Shown one piece after another: positions 47,128-52,377 of a stretch of 52,377 nucleotides of DNA. The notes under the pieces are model-generated. The model did not search any database. It was given only the letters and a program-made list of their open reading frames with translations, and was not told the origin of the DNA. Source of the DNA: a virus (lineage: Duplodnaviria; Caudoviricetes); IMG/VR virus record IMGVR_UViG_3300032294_001087, positions 1 through 52,377 of that record; one strand, written 5' to 3'. The translations under genes and the position numbers were made by a program. Position 1 is the first letter of the stretch. Each line of letters starts with the position of its first letter.

Positions 47128-48056
47128 TGAAAAAGGTCCTGATACTAGGTGGTAATGGTTACATTGGCAGTAGACTGCGTCAAGTCTTGCGTGAACAGCA
47201 CTTTGTAAAATCAAACGATATCTGTTGGCATGCCTACGACGAAACTAGTGATCGCAGAGATTATCATAAACTTACCCGTGAAGAACTAGCAGAGTTTGAA
47301 GTAATTATTGTCTTGGCTGGTCACAGCAGTGTACCAAGTTGCATTGGTGAACTACCGGGACCATGGTTAAACAATGTCACTAACTTCACCGACCTGTTAG
47401 ATAAAACGACAGATCAGCTGATCATCTATGCTAGTAGTGCTAGTGTCTATGGTAACAGCAAGCCCGGTGAGCGACATAAGGAAATCAATACACACTTTAC
47501 TCCTGTTAATAATTATGACGTAACCAAACATGCATTAGATCAACAGGCTATCATTGCTAACTTGCGTGGTAAACGTGTAATTGGTCTACGTTTTGGTACC
47601 GTTAATGGTTGGGCACCTAACCTACGTGTTGATGTCATGATTAACAGCATGTATCACAGTGTGCAGAGTGGTCGAGGTATACAGGTTATGAATCGCCAGA
47701 TCAGTCGTGCTATGTTAGGCATAGAAGATCTATGTCGTGCTGTATTGCGATGCATAGAACAACCAGTATCTGGTATCTACAACTTGGCCAGTTTCAACAG
47801 TACAGTGGGAGAAATCGCCCAGGCAGTCAGTCAAAAGCTGGGGGTTGCTATAGTAGACAAGGGCACAACTGCCAATGCCTATGATTTTGCTATCGATACT
47901 ACCTTATTTGAACAAACATTTGATTTTACATTTACAGAAACACCTGCTACTATAGTAGATAGTTTAATAGAAAGCTACGAACAGTCGACTCCACAGTGGA
48001 GAGACAAATACGTAATTTATAATTGGGAACGAGAAGACTTATATGGAAGACGCTAA
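47127..48056 (+). CDS. NAD-dependent epimerase/dehydratase (extended SDR)
   Basis: GGNGYIGS, YASSASVYG, YDVTK and LRFGTVNG motifs. Confidence 0.9.
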   Translation: MKKVLILGGNGYIGSRLRQVLREQHFVKSNDICWHAYDETSDRRDYHKLTREELAEFEVIIVLAGHSSVPSCIGELPGPWLNNVTNFTDLLDKTTDQLIIYASSASVYGNSKPGERHKEINTHFTPVNNYDVTKHALDQQAIIANLRGKRVIGLRFGTVNGWAPNLRVDVMINSMYHSVQSGRGIQVMNRQISRAMLGIEDLCRAVLRCIEQPVSGIYNLASFNSTVGEIAQAVSQKLGVAIVDKGTTANAYDFAIDTTLFEQTFDFTFTETPATIVDSLIESYEQSTPQWRDKYVIYNWEREDLYGRR

Positions 48057-49251
48057 ACAACTTAAAGAATGCCTTTGCTGTGGTAGTGAGAGATTAAAAC
48101 TAGTATTAGATCTTAAAGAACAGCCATTAGCTAACAGTTTTAAGAAAACATCAGAGGAAACAGAACCATATTTCCCATTACGTTTAAACATCTGCGAAGA
48201 CTGCACACATCTACAATTAAGCCATGCGGTTAATCCGGATTTATTATTTAAGAACTATCTATATGTCAGTGGCACAAGCCAAACCCTACGTGACTACTTT
48301 GATTGGTTTGCTAAAGAAACACTTACCTACGCACCAGATGCTAAGACAGTGTTAGACATCGCCTGTAACGACGGTAGTCAATTAAACAGTTTCAAAGCAC
48401 TAGGATTAAAAACCTATGGTGTTGATCCCGCAGAAAATTTACACAAACTAAGTAACGCCAATCACGAAGTAGTGTGTGATTACTTTACTGACAAATATAC
48501 ATATCATTATAAGAATAAAAACTTAGATATTATTACAGCACAGAATGTGTTCGCACACAATAGCTATCCATTAGAGTTTTTACAGCAATGTAAAGAAATC
48601 ATGAGTGATACTAGTGTGTTATTCATACAGACCAGCCAAGCAGATATGATCAAGAACAATGAGTTTGATACTATCTATCATGAACATCTGAGTTTCTTCA
48701 ATTCAAGTTCAATGTCTGCGCTAGCGACACGTGCCGGATTACATATCATCGACATACAAAAAACGCCCATCCATGGTAATAGTTATTTGTTCGTTATGTC
48801 TAAGAATCCAGGAGCGAGATCAAGCGTTCAACATCAATTAGATCAAGAACGAGAACAAGGTCTACAGGATATGAATACCTATTCGGCCTATGCTGATCGT
48901 TGCTATACTATCGTAGAAGATCTCAATGAGACTATCCAACATTATCGTGGTCTGGGATATGTCATTGCGGGCTATGGCGCCGCAGCCAAAGGCATGACAT
49001 TGATTAATTTTGGTGATGTCAACTTGGATTTCGTCATAGATGACAATCCTCTAAAACAGGGATTGTTCTGTCCTGGTAGCAACATACCAGTGGTAGGAAT
49101 TGACATGTTAGACGAATGCCAAGATGTCCAAGTAGCATTTATACCATTGGCTTGGAATTTCTTCACTGAAATCCGTAGCAAAATTAAGACCAAACGTGAC
49201 CAAGAAGGTGATGTGTTCATCAAGTATTTTCCTAAAATAAGTATCGAGTGA
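48043..49251 (+). CDS. NDP-sugar C-methyltransferase
   Basis: N-terminal CLCC..QPLAN..C..C..LQL Zn domain, DIACNDG, NVFAH, FDTIYHEHLSFF, IHG.S, GYGAAAKG, DDNPLKQG..PGS and AWNF motifs. Confidence 0.9.
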   Translation: MEDAKQLKECLCCGSERLKLVLDLKEQPLANSFKKTSEETEPYFPLRLNICEDCTHLQLSHAVNPDLLFKNYLYVSGTSQTLRDYFDWFAKETLTYAPDAKTVLDIACNDGSQLNSFKALGLKTYGVDPAENLHKLSNANHEVVCDYFTDKYTYHYKNKNLDIITAQNVFAHNSYPLEFLQQCKEIMSDTSVLFIQTSQADMIKNNEFDTIYHEHLSFFNSSSMSALATRAGLHIIDIQKTPIHGNSYLFVMSKNPGARSSVQHQLDQEREQGLQDMNTYSAYADRCYTIVEDLNETIQHYRGLGYVIAGYGAAAKGMTLINFGDVNLDFVIDDNPLKQGLFCPGSNIPVVGIDMLDECQDVQVAFIPLAWNFFTEIRSKIKTKRDQEGDVFIKYFPKISIE

Positions 49252-50036
49252 TGTCAAAAAAAACCTTAATCAGTCACTTCTATAATGAAGAGTACATGCT
49301 ACCATGGTTCCTTAACCATCACAAGCAGATATTTGATCATGGGGTAATGATTGATTATCACTCAACAGATCGTAGCCGTGAGATCATCAAGGAAATATGT
49401 CCTACCTGGGATATCGTTACAAGCCGCAATCAAGATTTCCAAGCAGATACTATTGATACAGAAGTCAATGATATCGAACGTAATATCCAAGGGTGGAAGA
49501 TCTGTCTTAACGTAACAGAACAACTAATCGGCGACTATAGTATATTAGATGACACCCCTCGCCAATTACTAGTGCCTGGCGTGTTCTTTGTTGACTGTGA
49601 TCGTGAACGCACTGTTACCTATGATTTACCACTATATGAACAAAAGACAGATGGATTTATGTTCAGCGACAATGCACAGAACTTTTTTGAGCGTCGTAGC
49701 CGTAGCCTACATAATATTCCTGTGCATTATCCAGCACAATCAACAGTCGAATGTATGGCGCCCGGACGGCACTGGAATACCTATAACACAGATAAACTAG
49801 TAACATTCTACTACGGTTGGTGCCCATTTGATCAAGGACAACTAGCACGTAAGCTACAGATACAAACGCAAATACCACTAATTGATCGCCAATTAAATCG
49901 TGGCTTTCATCATATTACAAATAAAGAAACATTAACCTATAGACTTGAAAATGAGTTTATTCCTCGTTCAAGAGATATCTCAAAGGAAATACAGCAGTAT
50001 GTCAACAAACACAAAGATTTTTCAAATATACTTTAA
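49248..50036 (+). CDS. Glycosyltransferase family 2-like protein
   Basis: YNEEYMLPWFLNHH..IFDH..MIDYHSTDRS motif. The DxD position reads NVTE. Confidence 0.65.
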   Translation: MMSKKTLISHFYNEEYMLPWFLNHHKQIFDHGVMIDYHSTDRSREIIKEICPTWDIVTSRNQDFQADTIDTEVNDIERNIQGWKICLNVTEQLIGDYSILDDTPRQLLVPGVFFVDCDRERTVTYDLPLYEQKTDGFMFSDNAQNFFERRSRSLHNIPVHYPAQSTVECMAPGRHWNTYNTDKLVTFYYGWCPFDQGQLARKLQIQTQIPLIDRQLNRGFHHITNKETLTYRLENEFIPRSRDISKEIQQYVNKHKDFSNIL

Positions 50037-50832
50037 ACCAGAGCTTGTGGCGCATTGTGATCCAGCATTCACTCCATTGGATAATACTGAAAATCCTCGC
50101 CCAGAATTACGTGAATGGTATGTATGGGACAAGGAACATAAAAACATCCTGGCGCAAGAATTAGATTATTGGGGATTCGTCAGTTGGAAATTCCAAGAGA
50201 AAACTGGCTTAACAGGCCAACAGGCTTTTGATTTTATTAATAATAATCCAGGGTATGATGTTTATCTATTCAATCCCTGTATTGTCAATGAAGCTGTATT
50301 TGCTAACAGTTGGGAACAAGGCGACATACATCATCCTAACATCAGCGGCATCGGTAACACATTTTTTGCCAAACTTGGTTATGAAGATATTGATGTTAAA
50401 TCGATAATTTTAGATCGCAACAAGACAGTGTTCGCTAACTATGTTGTTGGCAATCAAAAGTTTTGGACTAAGTTTATGGAATTCAGTCGTAATCTATTTA
50501 CAGAAGCAGACAAGGATCCTGGATTTAAACAACAGGTATTTGGGGAAGGATTGAGTAATTATGTCCATGATCGTAGTTTGCCAAACTTTACATTTTTAAT
50601 CGAACGATTGATCCCAACATTTTTAGAATTAGAAGAGTTGACTAGTATTGGATATAAATACTCTCCTGAAACTTTACCAGAAAAATATCGTCCTTATGCT
50701 GGAGATATTATGGCACTTAGTGATTTAAAAGTTGCTGTAAATCGCTACAATTCAGACGAATTATACGATATTTGGAACTTTTATCGCCACAAATTTCTAA
50801 GCCAACATCAAGGCATTTTAGGATTAGAATAG
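49999..50832 (+). CDS. Hypothetical glycosyltransferase-associated protein
   Basis: IFQIYF, DN.......RE, YWGFVSWKF..K and F..ERL motifs. Start placed at ATG 49999. Confidence 0.45.
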   Translation: MSTNTKIFQIYFKPELVAHCDPAFTPLDNTENPRPELREWYVWDKEHKNILAQELDYWGFVSWKFQEKTGLTGQQAFDFINNNPGYDVYLFNPCIVNEAVFANSWEQGDIHHPNISGIGNTFFAKLGYEDIDVKSIILDRNKTVFANYVVGNQKFWTKFMEFSRNLFTEADKDPGFKQQVFGEGLSNYVHDRSLPNFTFLIERLIPTFLELEELTSIGYKYSPETLPEKYRPYAGDIMALSDLKVAVNRYNSDELYDIWNFYRHKFLSQHQGILGLE

Positions 50833-50914
50833 TTATCTCATATTTTGGTTAGTTTTATACGCATAAAACTCCGGATTCTCGTGACTACATAATACTACGT
50901 TCGGAGGATTCAGA

Positions 50915-51118
50915 ATGAGTAATAACCATGAAGCCGAATCAAGATACTATTGCGCAGGGAGATATTGCACAATGAGAGAAAGTTGTCACAGACACACATC
51001 AAGCACTGGAGTTAACCATGCTCCATTTGAAGACTATGATTTATTGGCATTAAAGACGCCAACTAAATTATGCCAACACTACATCGATCGCGACGTTGCG
51101 ACTGGTGTAAATTCTTAA
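50915..51118 (+). CDS. Small Cys-rich hypothetical protein
   Basis: SD GGAGG, C-x4-C-x5-C..H...C. Confidence 0.65.
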   Translation: MSNNHEAESRYYCAGRYCTMRESCHRHTSSTGVNHAPFEDYDLLALKTPTKLCQHYIDRDVATGVNS

Positions 51119-51158
51119 GGTAACTGCCTAAAGACAAATACTAACAGGAGGGAAGAAT

Positions 51159-51710
51159 ATGAACGTGTTCACACGATTCAAAAAAATACTAACCTGGACA
51201 ATGATGTCCACAACAGTTTTAGCACTAACAGCAACACCAATAGCACTAGGCAGTGAAGCCAGTGATTTTGGATTTAAATTAGTCAAACAGCAGGAAGCAA
51301 AAATTACCAGACAACTAACCTGCTTGGCTCGAAATGTATTCTATGAGGCTAATGGCGAACCCATGGCAGGGCAGATGGCAGTAGCACAGGTAACCGTCAA
51401 CAGAGCCAAGAGCGGACTGTTTCCGAATGATTTATGTGCGGTAGTAGCACAGACCACAGTAGTCGAAGGTGACAAGATCTGTCAATTTAGTTGGTACTGC
51501 GATAGTCGTATTAATAAAAATCGAGTAATCAATAAAAGCAGTCCTAGTTATATCGCCGCCAAAAAGGTCCTAGTAGATGGACAAAAAGTAGCTAAAATTG
51601 ACAAAGACGTCATGTGGTTCCACGAGGACTCAGTAAAGGTCAACCCACGTTGGCCACACAAGGTTGCTACCAAAATTGGTAACCATGTGTTCTACAAGCG
51701 ACAAAAATAA
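51159..51710 (+). CDS. Cell wall hydrolase, SleB/Hydrolase_2 family
   Basis: CLARNVFYEANGE...GQ.AVAQV..NR...FP...C.VV.Q, CQFSW and IGNHVFY motifs, N-terminal signal/anchor. Confidence 0.9.
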   Translation: MNVFTRFKKILTWTMMSTTVLALTATPIALGSEASDFGFKLVKQQEAKITRQLTCLARNVFYEANGEPMAGQMAVAQVTVNRAKSGLFPNDLCAVVAQTTVVEGDKICQFSWYCDSRINKNRVINKSSPSYIAAKKVLVDGQKVAKIDKDVMWFHEDSVKVNPRWPHKVATKIGNHVFYKRQK

Positions 51711-51713
51711 TCA

Positions 51714-51742
51714 TTGACAACATCCTATCACTCGTGTATAAT
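51714..51742 (+). promoter_or_regulatory. Sigma70 promoter
   Basis: Perfect TTGACA-N17-TATAAT. Confidence 0.9.
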
Positions 51743-51748
51743 ACATGC

Positions 51749-52072
51749 ATGAGTGATAGATTCCACGATCCAAATTGGGGCAACCACGGTAATCCAAATC
51801 GAACTGATTGGTTCCACGCACCTCGCGGGTTAGATCAGTTAAACACAAAGAATTGGGGTATCAGACATAGAGATCGTCCAATGTTCCACGACGGCGTTGA
51901 AAAGAAAATCAGCGTCTGGACTATTTTTTGGGTTATTGCATTTATTATCATACTCAGTGGATTCAGCGAAACTGCCCGTGGAGTAGTATTCTATGGTATT
52001 AATCTAACTGAAAATTGGTATGCTGGTGTAGACAGCATGTTAGACGCCCTAGGAGCACCTAAGCTACCATGA
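51749..52072 (+). CDS. Membrane-anchored hypothetical protein, probably leaderless
   Basis: ATG 6 nt after the -10 box, TM segment ISVWTIFWVIAFIIILSGF. Confidence 0.7.
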   Translation: MSDRFHDPNWGNHGNPNRTDWFHAPRGLDQLNTKNWGIRHRDRPMFHDGVEKKISVWTIFWVIAFIIILSGFSETARGVVFYGINLTENWYAGVDSMLDALGAPKLP

Positions 52073-52239
52073 AAAATTTCCGCAGTTGGGTCCAGGATAA
52101 ATGGTATGATTACGTAGAAGAAATCATGGCTTGGGAAAAACGCATACCCGATCTTAACAGCCAGCAGTATTTCCGCAAGTACCGTTGGATGCTAAAAACT
52201 CTATATAAACACGAGCTAAAACATAAAGCAACTAAATAA
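52069..52239 (+). CDS. 56-aa hypothetical protein (absent from the ORF track)
   Basis: ATGA overlap, SD AGGAG, MKNFRSWVQDKWYDYVEE...YFRKYRWMLK. Confidence 0.7.
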   Translation: MKNFRSWVQDKWYDYVEEIMAWEKRIPDLNSQQYFRKYRWMLKTLYKHELKHKATK

Positions 52240-52263
52240 TTGTATAGTGACAAAATCACTATA
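52232..52263 (+). promoter_or_regulatory. Late-like CTAAATA followed by a hairpin
   Basis: CTAAATA 52232-52238, TATAGTGA-caaaa-TCACTATA 52243-52263. Confidence 0.45.
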
Positions 52264-52299
52264 TTTTAACAAACTGCCCAAAAGGCGAAAGGAAGTAAA

Positions 52300-52377
52300 A
52301 TGGCAAATTATAATGTATCAGGGTTACAAACCCTAAGTGATCTAGCCGCAGAAGCTATGGTCAAGAGCATTCCTAGC
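52300..52377 (+). CDS. CDS start, truncated by the window end
   Basis: SD AAGGA, MANYNVSGLQTLSDLAAEAMVKSIPS open to the edge. Confidence 0.6.
   Translation, partial: MANYNVSGLQTLSDLAAEAMVKSIPS

Noticed and set aside
457-49878. Many antisense and alternative-frame ORFs (e.g. 3927-4493, 5616-6257, 26383-27048, 32373-32993, 41539-41856)
   Set aside because: They lie inside well-supported genes, have no SD or promoter and no motifs. They are shadows of codon bias.
49945-50036. Programmed frameshift joining the two GT-like ORFs
   Set aside because: An in-frame ATG at 49999 after AAGGA explains the overlap, and no clear slippery site was seen.
41499-50832. Bacterial chromosomal segment (prophage boundary or chimera)
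   Set aside because: Composition, gene packing and late-type promoter boxes match the phage part, phage-type genes resume afterwards, and no integrase or att-like repeat was seen.
1-52377. Stop-codon reassignment as in some large phages
   Set aside because: Core genes are full length in the standard code, and TAG (3460, 12138, 34560, 50832) and TGA (11692, 37702) end genes normally.
1-52377. tRNA genes, introns or inteins
   Set aside because: No cloverleaf or T-loop pattern was seen in the short intergenic gaps, and terminase, UvsX and AhcY are uninterrupted. tRNAscan-SE would be the formal check.

Overview
A 52 kb, gene-dense, AT-rich segment of a large T4-like (myovirus-type) phage genome in the standard genetic code. 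Protein calls come from motif recognition, not database searches. 1-7.4 kb: Asn/Gly/Thr-rich virion (baseplate/fibre-like) proteins. 8-11.4 kb: an inverted gp14-like/gp15-like/Nudix block. 11.4-13.8 kb: an island of small genes under sigma70 promoters. 13.8-31.8 kb: gp13-like neck, dNMP kinase, degenerate HNH, enlarged tail sheath, tail tube, gp4 head completion, putative small terminase, putative internal head proteins and large terminase. 31.8-41.5 kb: gp32 SSB, UvsX and UvsY interleaved with modification enzymes (sulfotransferase-like, radical SAM, 2OG-Fe(II)-like, SDR, methyltransferase, cytidylyltransferase-cupin). 41.5-45 kb: a host-derived module of RNA polymerase omega, a cysteine-free QueF-like protein, SAH hydrolase and a porin. 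45.3-50.8 kb: a nucleotide-sugar/C-methyl-sugar/glycosyltransferase cluster behind a late-type promoter, then a SleB-like wall hydrolase. Two promoter classes are visible (sigma70 TTGACA-N17-TATAAT and T4-late-like ATAAATA). Most notable: the omega/QueF-like/AhcY/porin module, the possible virion glycosylation pathway, hairpins that hold a late promoter in their loop while masking a ribosome-binding site, a two-state RNA leader before the 1264-aa fibre gene, apparently leaderless mRNAs, and a putatively packaged PD-(D/E)xK nuclease. No tRNA, rRNA, CRISPR array, integrase or transposase was recognised. A betaproteobacterial host is a tentative inference.
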